Shown: piece after piece, positions 22,396 through 34,263 of the stretch
Layout of the letters: every line of letters begins with the position of its first letter
Position numbering within the stretch: the stretch's first letter is position 1
The notes under the pieces: generated by a model
The model's database searches: none
Told to the model about the DNA's origin: nothing
The model's input: only the letters and a program-made list of their open reading frames with translations
Source of the DNA: Tetramitus jugosus
Taxonomy: Eukaryota > Protista > Heterolobosea
Length of the DNA: 64,000 nucleotides
Assembly: GCA_937625935.1 (NCBI GenBank)
Contig: OW569381.1
Coordinates: 387,270-451,269 of the forward strand
Direction of reading: 5' to 3'
Made by a program: the position numbers and the translations under genes

Positions 22396-23661
22396 TCATA
22401 AAAGTTGTTTTATTCCTTCTAAATCACCCATGGAAAAGAAATATCGCAGTACATCGAATGCCCGAGTAGCATATTGCTTCCTATCCTCGACCTGGCCTAA
22501 AACAGAAAACAGTTTTGCGAGCATTAAGTAATGGACACCCAGTAGCGGTAGTAACGAGGGATAGTATCTCTCGAAGCAAGGTGTAAGTTGTCGACCAAAC
22601 TTCAGTGCAAGATCAAACTCCGCATTTTGAATGTAGTTGTGACACAACTTTGAGCACGTATTGACTAATCGCTCATGCATTGGACCGTATATTCTTTGAT
22701 ACAAATCATAAGCTCTCTTGAGACATTGTGTTTCTTCTATCGTGCTATCGCTGCATGATGATCTATCAAAATACGAATCAGCTTGTTGCTCGTCAGATTC
22801 GGTGTATGTATCCAATAAACGCTCTGTTAACGGTGCATCGCTCTCTGTATCTATGCATCGAATGCAGTCACATAAAAAGCTATATCTCTCTTTCAGTAGC
22901 TTCCTTCTGCTATTTGTGCTTTGTGCTAGTTCTATGTAAGTAATTGTTAGCTCCTCATGTTGTCTCAATGGACGTAATGAGACAGTCTTGGCACGTATCC
23001 CTTCGAAGAAGATTGCTGTGTTGGGCTGACAACTATGGTTCATCTTGGAAACAATAGGATACAAACCAACCCCAACACTGTTCATATCACTATGACAAAT
23101 TCCAATGTTGTTCGCCCGAAACTGGCACAACAAGTGATAAATATCATCTACATCCAGACTAAAGTTGGGTATCTTGTCTTGGATCAGTGATATCAATCGA
23201 TATATCAATACACTTAGATTGCGTAAATTGGTCACATCAATATGTTCAGAGGGAGTCCATGCCACAAAAGATCTCATCATTTCTCTCACATCCGATCCAC
23301 CATTATGACAAAGAATGATTAAGCGAGTTGCTAGACGAATAGACCTCGTGTAGTTTGAAATATCAACTTTCATTCTATTGGATAACCTCTGCAATACCAA
23401 ACATTCCAGTCGATGAATGGGAACATCATTCTTGAAACATTGGGGTGAACAATATCGACAAAACTTGCATGACGAGCATGAAAACTTCTTGTTCAGCACA
23501 CCGAGGCAAAAATGACAATGAGTACTGCTCATGCCATCATCAATCGTGTAAACAATCGGATCAATGAACGATTGAGAGATCAAATGTCCAGCATTGATTG
23601 CATCATTCGTGATGATTCCTTCGCCTTTGTTCGCAATAGGCACCACAGACAATCCCTTCAT
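22396..23661 (-). CDS. SMYD-family SET/MYND lysine methyltransferase
   Basis: KGEG, MYND zinc finger (CxxC...CSSC..YCS..C), NHSCQPN, ELTITY and post-SET FLCDCIRC. Confidence 0.9.
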   Translation of the reverse strand: MKGLSVVPIANKGEGIITNDAINAGHLISQSFIDPIVYTIDDGMSSTHCHFCLGVLNKKFSCSSCKFCRYCSPQCFKNDVPIHRLECLVLQRLSNRMKVDISNYTRSIRLATRLIILCHNGGSDVREMMRSFVAWTPSEHIDVTNLRNLSVLIYRLISLIQDKIPNFSLDVDDIYHLLCQFRANNIGICHSDMNSVGVGLYPIVSKMNHSCQPNTAIFFEGIRAKTVSLRPLRQHEELTITYIELAQSTNSRRKLLKERYSFLCDCIRCIDTESDAPLTERLLDTYTESDEQQADSYFDRSSCSDSTIEETQCLKRAYDLYQRIYGPMHERLVNTCSKLCHNYIQNAEFDLALKFGRQLTPCFERYYPSLLPLLGVHYLMLAKLFSVLGQVEDRKQYATRAFDVLRYFFSMGDLEGIKQLL

Positions 23662-23865
23662 TTCTTTTTTTTGCTGGCACCCTAGAACGAGATTGACGCT
23701 CGTTCAATATTTACAAAACTTACAACATGGACTGCTTTGTATCCTCGTTTGATCTCAACCAATAGGTCACAACAAACAACAAATCACAACAATCAAAACA
23801 ACAAGAACAACAACACAAAAGAACAATAAAATACGCAGTAGTAGCAAACAACAAAAAACACAAGT

Positions 23866-24246
23866 TTAATGTCCTCTTCCTCTGCCTCTTCCACGACCGC
23901 GGCCTCCACCACCACCACGACCTCCTCCTCGGCCACCTCCCCGTCCACCAGCCTTAATCGGCTTTCTTTCCTTGTTCTTTGGTTTAGGCCTAATCGTCGT
24001 GTCCTGCAACAAATTGTCTAGATTCAACGAGTCAGGCAGGATAACATATCGTATATTGTTGCCACGTATGGACATGTGCTCTAGAGCAATCGGATTTCTG
24101 TTCTTTAACGTCATTTTGACCGTTTTTAGATGAGTGTTCATGGAAAGATCCACACCAGTGATCGTACCCGAGACAACAGTGCCATTCTTCAGTTCAATTG
24201 TTACAGTTTCATTGCTTAGTTTCATCAAAAATCGTACAAGTATCAT
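23866..24246 (-). CDS. SNRPD1: snRNP protein Sm D1
   Basis: [23 protein letters not shown]...IRGNNIRY and an RG-rich tail. Confidence 0.95.
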   Translation of the reverse strand: MILVRFLMKLSNETVTIELKNGTVVSGTITGVDLSMNTHLKTVKMTLKNRNPIALEHMSIRGNNIRYVILPDSLNLDNLLQDTTIRPKPKNKERKPIKAGGRGGGRGGGRGGGGGRGRGRGRGRGH

Positions 24247-24853
24247 TTTTTTGTTGTTATATAGAGTTGTTTTGATTGTGTGTTGGTTTGTTGGTTGAGA
24301 GATATATAATATGATATGTGATCTTAGTGTTGTTGTTGTTATTGTTGGGAAGATAAAGCGATTGTGAGATCGGTAGTCGTCTTGCTGCAAAGCTTGCTTC
24401 TTCTATCTATGTTGGCGCTTTTTTTTTCTCTTGATGGTGAAACTTCCACGAATTGATTGAACGGGAAAAATCTGGAATACAACAACCACGAGAAGGACAA
24501 CAATTGAACTTCTCACAAGTTCATCTTAAAGATATAAGTGTATGCTGTTAATTCTACCACGATGAGATCTATCGTGCAGACTCTTTCAGGTTGTTGAGCG
24601 ACACAACTAATTATACCCATTTCGGCAACCAAACAATGAACCAATTTCTCATAAATCTTGTGGTGCTTAATTCAACAGTCAAACACTGCTTCTAAGGCCT
24701 TATTTCATGGGTTTTCTTTTTTCTTGCTAATAGCCCGACTGAAGGTTCAATGTGCTCTCCCAATTGGTTGACTTTCTTACAAAAATTTGTCGCAAAAACA
24801 AACACAGACGGCGCAAGCATTTGAATTTTTTCTCCACAACATATCAATTGAAC

Positions 24854-25678
24854 ATGAAGGCAGTGTTTACCAAAGTGAACCCAAGACAAGCTTTGATTCT
24901 TGGTGCATTGGGTGGATTGGGTGTTGCTACCTATTCCATGAAGCAAAACAATTTGTCAGCTGATAACCCAGCTGCAGTTCCATACCCACATCCATGGTCA
25001 CACAAGGGTCCATTCGACTCTTATGATGCTGCTAGCATTCGTCGTGGTTACAAGGTGTACAAGGATGTTTGCTCTGCATGTCATGGTATGTCTGAAATCG
25101 CCTTCCGTAACTTGGAAATTGCTTTCACTCCAAATGAGATCAAGTACTTGGCCTCTCAAGTCGACGTTGACGCTGACCCTGATTCCCAGGGTGAAATTCA
25201 CAAGAGATCTGCCAAATCCTTTGACTACTTCCCAAGTCCATACAAGAATGAACAACAAGCTCGTGCTTCCAACGACGGAGCTCTTCCACCAGATCTATCT
25301 ATCATTGTTAGAGCCAGACAAGGCAATGAGGACTATGTGTTCTCTCTGTTGACTGGTTATGACAGCCCACCACCAGGTGTTTCCATTAGAGAGGGTTTGT
25401 ACTTCAATGCTTACTTCCCAGGTGGTGCTATTGGTATGGCACCTCCTCTGTCTGATGGATCCGTTGATTATGACGATGGAACCCCTGGTACATTGTCCCA
25501 ATACGCAAAGGACGTCACCACCTTTTTGACATACTGTGCAAGACCAGAAGAAGAAGACAGAAAGAAGTTTGGTGCCAAGGCCATTACCGGTCTTGCCATC
25601 ATGACTGTATTTTTGTATTACAACAAGAGATTCAAGTGGAACGTGATTAAGAACCGTCGTATTGAGTTTAGAGATTAA
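24854..25678 (+). CDS. CYC1: Mitochondrial cytochrome c1
   Basis: PWSHKG, IRRGYKVY, CSACH heme motif, PPDLS, MAPPL and a C-terminal transmembrane helix. Confidence 0.95.
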   Translation: MKAVFTKVNPRQALILGALGGLGVATYSMKQNNLSADNPAAVPYPHPWSHKGPFDSYDAASIRRGYKVYKDVCSACHGMSEIAFRNLEIAFTPNEIKYLASQVDVDADPDSQGEIHKRSAKSFDYFPSPYKNEQQARASNDGALPPDLSIIVRARQGNEDYVFSLLTGYDSPPPGVSIREGLYFNAYFPGGAIGMAPPLSDGSVDYDDGTPGTLSQYAKDVTTFLTYCARPEEEDRKKFGAKAITGLAIMTVFLYYNKRFKWNVIKNRRIEFRD

Positions 25679-25958
25679 GCGCTTTCAAATACTGAATATT
25701 TTTGCCATCATGTATGGAGTCGCATGCGAGAGTCTATGTTGTTGTTGTATGATGATGATGACACAATATTTTGCGAATCGACGTCAATCTGCTGACTGCT
25801 ATTATTGTTGTTGTTCTGTGGAATGACTCGCTCCTTTTCTCGATGACGAATATAATATTTTGAGAAGCACTCGAGACCAATTGAACCATTGTAGGGACCT
25901 TGTATGTGAATAAAGAATCAAAACAAAAATAAGTACGAATTTGGCATGTCAAAATTTA

Positions 25959-27731
25959 TTATTCGACCTGTGCAATCGATGTTCCGCTAATGATCTCCTG
26001 TTGTTGATGTTGCTCCTTCTTTTGTCGCTCGAACTCCAATCGCTTGTATTTGGAGTTGAAGAGGAATGTGGGGATGATGGCTGCCGTTAACAAACCGAGA
26101 CAGATCCACAGTGAACTTTGCATGCTACCATTCTTGACATCCTTCTCTACAAAATCCAAAACAATAACGCATAAGGCTGATACAAGTGTTGAGCAAGCAT
26201 TCAGTATAGATGCAGAGATGCTTTCAGGCACGGGGTACGTAGTCTCCACACTCAACTCAAGAGTCAGAGGCACAGTTGGGCAAGCGAAAATTCCCAAAAA
26301 GGCAATAGAAATACAACTGATAATCATACGGGTTGGTGTTCTGTGGTGCAACATGTTGATTGAGAACCATGCAAATGAGGCGCAGCCACCGACACCACTA
26401 ATGCACAATAGAAGCTTGTATCTCTTGGTATAATCTGCAATGAGTCCCATGACAACAGCACCAGTCATTCCACAGAACACAACAATCACACCAAACACAC
26501 TACCATCCTTGACACTGTATCCCATTGGTACAATAATCTGATCTAACATGACAGAGAAACTCTGTACGACAGCATAACCCACCGAGAATGAAATAATTAG
26601 GAAGATAAAATGAATATTCTTAATGACGATCCAAAAGTCCTTTGCAAATGAATTGGGCTCCAAGTGCACATTACTAGGGCCGATAGGAATCGTAATCTTT
26701 GATGGTACAATCTCGCTCGCTTCATTGCTGCTGCTACTACTGCTCAAATCATCCGAAATCTCTCCATTTGTTTTGATGATTGCTCTTTGTTCCTGATTCC
26801 ACACCATGTCACCTTTTTGAGATGTAATACTATCGGAGATGGACACCTCTGGATAATGCCCAATATGTTGAATGGCAGAGTTGGTACTGTGTTGAACACG
26901 GCGACGGCGATGACTGTGGTGATGGTGATGACCCAGTGTAGGAGGCGTCGGAGGTCTCTCTCTAAACACCATAACGAACATGAGTAATGTAAATGCTGCC
27001 AAGGCTGCCTCACCGCCCAACAAAATGGCCATTCCAGTCTCCGTTCCATCACCAACAACGGAAGGACCCACACCAAAAATGAAAGCACTACCCAAGATGC
27101 TCAAAAACGTAGCAATCGTCGTTGCGGTCGTTCTCTCCTTCTCACCAAACCAATTCGATGCAAGCATCGTTGTCGCATTTCCCACAAACGGTTGAGCAAG
27201 TGCCGTAATGCACTGACCACTGAAAACGATCCAGAAGAAGAGCTCTCGGCCTTTTTTGAAGCCGGCCAACCGTACACAACCACCGACAAAGTTAAACATG
27301 ACAGCAATGAACACTGACGCCTTCAATCCATACTTTTTCATAACCATACTGCTGGCCAAACTCATTGGCACATAGGCAATCATGTAAGCTATGGCAAGAG
27401 AGTTCACTTTCCAACTGGAACTCTCTGGAATCTTGTAATACTTTAACACGACTGTGCTCATACTAGCAAACGTCATTTGATAGACTGTACAAAGGAATTG
27501 AGCCAAAGCAAAAACAAACAACATGACCCATCTTCTCCTGTACAAGATGATCTTTTTCTGATTGTTGGATGCAGGTGGTGATTCCTTGTTATTGTTACTC
27601 TCTCCATCTGCATCCAGCAGACCTGCATCACCATCATCACCACCACCAAGTGAGTGATACTTCCGTTGATCAGTCAATGAAGAAAAGGGTGTGGATTCAT
27701 TGGCTCCCACCACAGATTGGTAAGATGACAT
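25959..27731 (-). CDS. MFS transporter, FLVCR/SLC49 family
   Basis: YRRRW start of TM1, WFGEKERTTAT, E.TYPVPE and about 12 transmembrane segments. Confidence 0.85.
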   Translation of the reverse strand: MSSYQSVVGANESTPFSSLTDQRKYHSLGGGDDGDAGLLDADGESNNNKESPPASNNQKKIILYRRRWVMLFVFALAQFLCTVYQMTFASMSTVVLKYYKIPESSSWKVNSLAIAYMIAYVPMSLASSMVMKKYGLKASVFIAVMFNFVGGCVRLAGFKKGRELFFWIVFSGQCITALAQPFVGNATTMLASNWFGEKERTTATTIATFLSILGSAFIFGVGPSVVGDGTETGMAILLGGEAALAAFTLLMFVMVFRERPPTPPTLGHHHHHSHRRRRVQHSTNSAIQHIGHYPEVSISDSITSQKGDMVWNQEQRAIIKTNGEISDDLSSSSSSNEASEIVPSKITIPIGPSNVHLEPNSFAKDFWIVIKNIHFIFLIISFSVGYAVVQSFSVMLDQIIVPMGYSVKDGSVFGVIVVFCGMTGAVVMGLIADYTKRYKLLLCISGVGGCASFAWFSINMLHHRTPTRMIISCISIAFLGIFACPTVPLTLELSVETTYPVPESISASILNACSTLVSALCVIVLDFVEKDVKNGSMQSSLWICLGLLTAAIIPTFLFNSKYKRLEFERQKKEQHQQQEIISGTSIAQVE

Positions 27732-28441
27732 GTGTATGAGTGAGTGATGAACCGGTTCTGAGTTGAGATTCGCCTCTACTTCAATATGATGTTATGATAT
27801 ATCAGATGTTGTTTTGTGTGTTGAGTTTTTGTTGTTCAGCTTTCTGTGTGCAAAAGTGTGGAGTCGACTCTTTCTAAAGGAACAAAAAATTGTGATGGAT
27901 GATAATCAATGCAGTTAGGTTGTTTTGGAGACAAGGGCGATTGGAATGCCCCGTTTCCAACGAGGGGAAATACGAATTCACTTAGGGAATTCCAACACAG
28001 ATAACTCCGATTATTGTAATCCGGCATCTCCTTTCTACCTTCCTTGAATCGATTGCTGTGAGGTCAGCAGAAACTTTGTACATTCCAGGAAAGGATCTTT
28101 AACTTTGGATCTTTTGAACACCACAGCCAGTTCCACAATATAGATTCACCAACAGGTTTACCAGCGAAAACCAAACAAATTCTCGAGCCAAAGTGTTAAG
28201 CAACAGCAATAAGGAGTTCCGTGACATGTAAGTCATAACACGTATCAAGGTTCACACAGGATTCATCTCGAGAACACAACCAAGAATCCCAAAAAAAGCG
28301 CGAACCCGCGTTTCTCCCTTTTATCCCGATGTTCTTCTTTTTCCTTGGAAGCTCGATTCAAAGCCAAAAAATCTCAATCACCAACAGAGCAATCTCTCTC
28401 TGCTGCAACAATATTGATTTGTCTGTCTACACACAACAACC

Positions 28442-29293
28442 ATGCCCACCAATTTCACTGGTATCAAATCGCTTGATGACTCTGAAGTGACCTATGTTGA
28501 CGAAGAAGAGGAACAAGAGGCCAATCTGAGACCATTTGCCTCTCATTCAACATCATCATCATCATCTGCAACTCCTACTACTACTACTATTACTAATAAT
28601 AATAATAATTCTACTAATACGAATACTGCCACTACACCTAGTATTGACCTCCTGTTGAAAAATAAAAAGAAAAAGAAGAAGCATGTTGGAAATAACAAGA
28701 ATAGCTCATCGAGTCATAAATTGATGGATGAGAGAAAATTGATGAATGATTATGCAAATGAGTACATGAGTTCAGAGGAGGGTGGTGACGGAACAGCGAA
28801 CGACTCGGAATATGATTTGAATGAGGAGGACATTGATTTGGATTCGTCGTATCATGGAACATTGGTTGATCGTTTTACGACACCTCTCAAACTGGTTCAA
28901 ATTGGGTATTTGGTGATGATTGTCACGAGTATTATTTTGTCCGTTTGTTTGATTGCTGTTGGATTTGCATTTTATATGATTTTGGTGGATGGATTGTTTC
29001 GGTTGATTGCATGCATTGTGGGACTGGGAGCTTCGATCCTATTCTTGTTGAGAATATCGGATTATGATAAGAAGCAGATGAGAAATGCGTTTAGATTGTT
29101 GATTGCGAGTTGTGTGATGCTAGTGTTGGAGTTTGGTGCGTTGATGGGCATTTTGATTTATGTCAAGGTGAAGCAGGTGAAGACGGATTTGCAAGGTGCC
29201 ATGTGGAGCGCCTCCCTGTTTATTAATCTTTCAACGATACCTCTCGTGGCAATTGGTGCCGGTTACTGCTGGTTAATGAAAAGGAGATTGTAA
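28442..29293 (+). CDS. Hypothetical 4-TM membrane protein with acidic N-terminus
   Basis: 283-aa ORF with CAACCATG context and four hydrophobic segments. Confidence 0.65.
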   Translation: MPTNFTGIKSLDDSEVTYVDEEEEQEANLRPFASHSTSSSSSATPTTTTITNNNNNSTNTNTATTPSIDLLLKNKKKKKKHVGNNKNSSSSHKLMDERKLMNDYANEYMSSEEGGDGTANDSEYDLNEEDIDLDSSYHGTLVDRFTTPLKLVQIGYLVMIVTSIILSVCLIAVGFAFYMILVDGLFRLIACIVGLGASILFLLRISDYDKKQMRNAFRLLIASCVMLVLEFGALMGILIYVKVKQVKTDLQGAMWSASLFINLSTIPLVAIGAGYCWLMKRRL

Positions 29294-29617
29294 AAAATAA
29301 AGTTTTTGTTTCAGGACGTAGTACATTGGGACACTACCTGATATTGCTTGAATTCCACAGAACTCTGCTGAACAAGTGTCATACTCGTCCTCATATTCAT
29401 CATTGAACTAGAAGAGACCTACTCACCCAAAGGGACAATAGAATACACTCAAAATTGACATAACCACCGAATTGTGTTGTCTCACGTAAGTCAATGACGT
29501 CTCACCTTCGAACAATCTGCTTATGCATGTGGATAATGGAAAATGCATCTGTGAGAAGCACACTTCTTTCCATTTGGCTTCGTTTCGTTTTCAATCAGTT
29601 ATTGTAAGTGAGTGTCC

Positions 29618-31761
29618 CTAATCGATTTCTATTGCCTCATCAATTGTCAGTCCATTTGAATGATTCTTCTCTAGTGTTGCTTTTGTTGTCACCTTCTTGG
29701 ATAACAAACCAAACAATGATGGTGAGTAAGTAGCATTCATGAGTTTGGAGTTGATGGCTTTGAAAGCGTATGGAGTCGATCTCTGACTGCTCAAATCGCT
29801 GGAAAGTGCACGGCTGAGAGCGAGAGCAGGCGAAAGCGGACTACTCTCAATCTGTCCATCTCGGTCATCATCTTGCATCTCACCATCATCGTTATCGATC
29901 GATATAACTTCTGCTTCAACCTTTGATGACGGAGTAGGAGCAGCCGTCGAAACCTCCTTCTTGTTATGAGGTGTTGCCGGAGCATCGCTTCTGCTTTTAG
30001 CACTAGTATCTACAATTTCCCATTCACCCGTCTTATTGTTAATTTTAATTTTGTCAACGCTTTGATCTTTTGGTATCTTACTTAGTACTTGTGTCAAATA
30101 GTCATCCACCACTAACTCTTCATGGGGACATCTCCGGTGACAACAAGGGCATTGCCATATTCTAAAATCTGAACAGTACCTCACATAAGTATCCAAATCA
30201 AAGCATCTCTTATGTACACAGAATTTACCCTTGGCGGGCACTTCAATTTGACACATAACAATTGGATCCTTGATAGTGATGACTTCTTCATCACAGGAGA
30301 ACAAATCTTCGTCTTCATCCTGTTGCTGGGGAGGAAATATCACTGGTGGTATTGATGTCGTAGAAACATCACTACTTCCACTACCACCACTACCAAGGGC
30401 ATCAGTCATCGTTGAGTCGTCATCATCGAGTCGTAAATTGTGTTGCTTTGATTCCTCATAACTCTGCCTTACACTTGCGATTAATTCGTCTACAGTTCTC
30501 TTCAAAGACAACGTAATCAGAATAATACTGTTGAAGGAGGTATTTGGTGGCGATTGAACTTCCAATCGATTCCAATTAGAACTCTCGTTCAATCCATAAC
30601 AGATATCAAATGACAGTGTGCTAGATCGACTCACAATTGGTTTCTTAGATAATAGTTGAAGACGTGCAGGCGTAGAGCAAACAACATTTGCCTTTGTTTT
30701 TCCCTTTTTGTTCTTCTGTAGTGCTTTGATCGTTTTTGGCTTGCTCAGTGTTGGTCCATCATTCACTCGAAACAGAGTACCATCACCCCAATTCTGCGCC
30801 TTCAAATCCAAAGAATCAATCACTCGATCTGTTTGCGTAATCTCAAACAAGTGAACACCAACTTCATACAAATTACTCTGCATCGATAGTTTTTCCATAT
30901 TTTGTTTTGTCAACTCGAATGCGAAACCTACTTTATGATAACCTCCAGAGTGACCACTCGGTATATGACAATGCTTCAATTCAATTATTTGTTCAATAGG
31001 GTACCTCGGATCTATCAATCCATTAATTGTTTTTGATGTTTGTAAAATAGTTTCAATCTTTGCTTGCATCGCTGTTTCCATTAATGATTTGTTCCTGTAT
31101 GCGTGCGTGTGTGTGTATGTAATACATAATCCATGGAGATCAAAAAAACTTTCAGTTAGCTCACATCTTCATCTTCCGTTTTTACACAAGAACAAGCTTG
31201 TTGTTGCATTTTCGTCCTTCTTTTTTTTTAGCTCCAAAACAGAAACCTTGTTCATGCACACCGTCCAATAACACAGACACATATGAGATAGAAAAAAAGA
31301 TAATCTTACCTTTGCAAATTCAATGATGCACCACTCATCGAACTACTGCTGCCACTCAAGATACTTGAACTGTGCAGCGCACTGGGTAACGCATGAGCAA
31401 ATCGCATGGCCATACTCGGATTGTAACTACTCTGTGAAGAACTGGCAGCAGCAATGTCTTCAGCACTGGGAAAGAGTGCACTGGAGCAGCGTCGAATGAG
31501 TTCATCCTTCTTTCCACTCAGTGTCAAATGCTTTCCCTTTTCTTGTGTAAGAAAACGTAAAATATCCTTGAGTTCATCCACTTTGAGTTGTTTCATGTTC
31601 GTGTTGGGTGAGCCATCTGATTTTGGTTTGAGGTATTTTGTGAGAAACTCTGATGAGTTGTTTTCTTTGAATCGTACGAGTTTTGTTGTGATCAGCTTGT
31701 CAACATCACTGTCTGATAGCACACACTTGTTTGTTGTTGAGGATGATTTAGCCTTGGGCAT
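29618..31761 (-). CDS. PIAS/SIZ-type SUMO E3 ligase (SAP + SP-RING), 2 exons
   Basis: SAP motif LKVDELKDIL...LSGKKDELIRR in exon 1. SP-RING DPI...PAKGKFCVHKRCFD...WQCPCC. SIM-like VISID and AIEID. Confidence 0.85.
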
Positions 31762-31907
31762 TGAGTGTTCGTGTTGCTGAGAAACTCAAGAAGTGAGAGT
31801 GGTTGTTGATAGCTGTTTGCGCGGTTTTGTTCGAATGCTAAAAAATTGAAGCGAGTTTCTTCTGGAAGTGTCGTCGGTTTTTATTGTGTGAAGGAGACGA
31901 AGAAGTG

Positions 31908-33455
31908 TTAGGAGCATCTGACAGAGGAACTGGTCTGCGATCCCTCACTTGAGGACCAAATATCTATTGTGCTGTCTGAGCTTCGTGATCCGTTGTTTCT
32001 GGTTGTTTGAGCATCGGGAGTGTTTGGTAGAAAGAAGTGATTAGTGGGAGAAAGGAAACGACCACTAGTTGTGGTCCTAGAACCCAAGAATTGGTTTCCG
32101 AGAGCACAATCTGAGAATGATCCAATCTTTGGTGTTTGACATATCGAATTCAAGTCAAAATCTGGATGTGAATCTCCAAATGTTAGTACTGTAGAATGAG
32201 AGGGTTCCTCCTCTTCATTCAATTGTAGAGTTAACCCTCCATACTTGTTTCTCCTTGATATCGAAGGATTTGAAGGATTAGAATACATATTGGATGAATA
32301 GGGATTGAAGTCGCTGATGTTCTCGTCTGTTTCAAGTGTGAGCTCGCTCTCGACCTTCACTCTCTTGATTGATCGCTGGCCTTCGAGTTCATGGTCTTCA
32401 TGGGACCTCTTTCGTTCTTCTTGGCCGGATGCATTGAATGAACTTCCTGAGAATGGATGAGATTCTTCATTGTCAAAGGTATCTCCGGGGGTTTGGTATG
32501 TGGGTATTGGGGCAATGTTTTCTTGGTTTTGTGTCATGGATTGAAATTCCTCTGCCTTCTTCATTTCATTCCTCCGGCTTAAGGTGGAATTCCAATGATT
32601 CTTAATCGCATTTGCTGTTCTACCATGCAGTTCTCTGCTAATCTTTGCCCATTGGTTCCCATATTTACTATGCATCTCAACTATAATATCATCCTCTTCG
32701 GGCGCCCATGCTTTCTTACTGATCCTAGGATCCAAGTGGTTCAAGTATCTTTCCCTACATTGCTTTCCTATTCTACCCTTCAGTTGAGTCGCAATATGAG
32801 ACCACCTCTTTGCTCCGTGTTTTCGTACAAGATCTATCAGTAGTTTGTCCTCTTCTTCTGTCCAACTTCCCTTAATATGAAAATCATCCTCTACTCTCTT
32901 CAACTCTCTTGTTGGGGTCCCATTTCCCTCAATGGAAGAGGAGCTAGTGTTGACCATACTGTTTAGAGTTCCACTACTATTTTGAATATCAACAATCATA
33001 TTATCATTGAAGCTGTGAGCTCCCATATCTACAGTAACTTGCTGAGGAATGCTCCTTGGAGCGCTTAACATCTCAACTACCCTCTGAAATAAAGCTACTG
33101 GTAGCTTGGCATACACAAAGGGTTCTTCACTCCCTTGATTGATCCCATGTCCAGAATTATAGTTTTGAAACGAAGAAGTGAGGTCGTATATGTGAATATT
33201 AGATAGAGAAGATGACGATGGAGAGCTACTCAAAACATGGGAAGGATTTTCTAACATGATGCACATCTGTTGAGACATGTTGTTAGGTGGCTCTGGGTGT
33301 TGAGCATACACTGTTTGATGGTGAAACAATGGTGCTTGTGAGCAGTGAGATATTTCATTTGGATTCTTATATATTCCAGTTCCTAGGATATGTAAGGAGG
33401 ATAGGTCTTGCTCTGGAAACTCATGTTGGTGATTGTGATCTATCGGAGATGTCAT
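31908..33455 (-). CDS. MYB-domain transcription factor (R2R3 repeats)
   Basis: KGSWTEEED...GRIGKQCRERYLNHL and WAPEED...GRTANAIKNHWNS. Confidence 0.9.
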   Translation of the reverse strand: MTSPIDHNHQHEFPEQDLSSLHILGTGIYKNPNEISHCSQAPLFHHQTVYAQHPEPPNNMSQQMCIMLENPSHVLSSSPSSSSLSNIHIYDLTSSFQNYNSGHGINQGSEEPFVYAKLPVALFQRVVEMLSAPRSIPQQVTVDMGAHSFNDNMIVDIQNSSGTLNSMVNTSSSSIEGNGTPTRELKRVEDDFHIKGSWTEEEDKLLIDLVRKHGAKRWSHIATQLKGRIGKQCRERYLNHLDPRISKKAWAPEEDDIIVEMHSKYGNQWAKISRELHGRTANAIKNHWNSTLSRRNEMKKAEEFQSMTQNQENIAPIPTYQTPGDTFDNEESHPFSGSSFNASGQEERKRSHEDHELEGQRSIKRVKVESELTLETDENISDFNPYSSNMYSNPSNPSISRRNKYGGLTLQLNEEEEPSHSTVLTFGDSHPDFDLNSICQTPKIGSFSDCALGNQFLGSRTTTSGRFLSPTNHFFLPNTPDAQTTRNNGSRSSDSTIDIWSSSEGSQTSSSVRCS

Positions 33456-34058
33456 TTAACAGGACAAAGAGCGGCTCACGGCAAATACTACTGGTTGCGT
33501 TAACGAATTTTGAGAACTTGGTCAGGTAAGTATATATCTGAAGCGGATGCCGATTGCACGCACTTCTCCCAACCGTAAATAATGTCGGGTTTATTTTACA
33601 ACACAGAACGTTTGTGTGAAAATTATGGATTCTGTTCCAAGGAACTACAAACTTCTGTATCATTTTTTTTCGCGAGATATTCCGGAAAGACCCACCGATA
33701 AATTTCGCTACTTCACCAAACGTAGACGGCGGAATTTTAGAAAATGAGGGTTACAATTGCTCCAGTCAACCGTGGGTTCAACAAAACCTATTTTTCGGGC
33801 CCGATTATCTTTGCGCATGTGCGATTCTGGTTTTTCGAATTTGACATCCACAGGACGATCAAAGATTTTTGAAAAACACAACACGTTACACCCAGGACAC
33901 CCAAAAAGCTTTCAGTCACACTAGAGCAGCCCACCCGACACCTCTGTTTAACGTACCTTTATATAATTCACTTGAAATCCCAGTATCTCTCGAAGAAGAA
34001 TATTATTCAGTGAATTAACCCCCTTTTAACAAAGACAAAAGAAACCAATTACTGTTTT

Positions 34059-34260
34059 ATGGCCTTTGTTAAGCAAAACTACGACGAAAAAAGACCACTT
34101 ACCGCACTAGAACTCTTCATCCTTTCCAGCAACGTATGTGTACTTTCACATTTTCACACACACTTTTCTCCGATGTGACAAAAAAAGCTAACATCCTTTT
34201 TTTTGTGCACGTTTCTTTCGCTTTTTGTTGACAAAAATGCAGAGCAAAGAACCAGGGTAG
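34059..34260 (+). promoter_or_regulatory. Spliced regulatory uORF of SAMDC, 30 aa MAFVKQNYDEKRPLTALELFILSSN|SKEPG* (phase-0 intron 34134-34242)
   Basis: ATG at 34059, donor GTATGT at 34134, branch point GCTAAC, acceptor TGCAG at 34242, stop TAG at 34258-34260, three nt before the SAMDC ATG. Confidence 0.75.
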
Positions 34261-34263
34261 CAG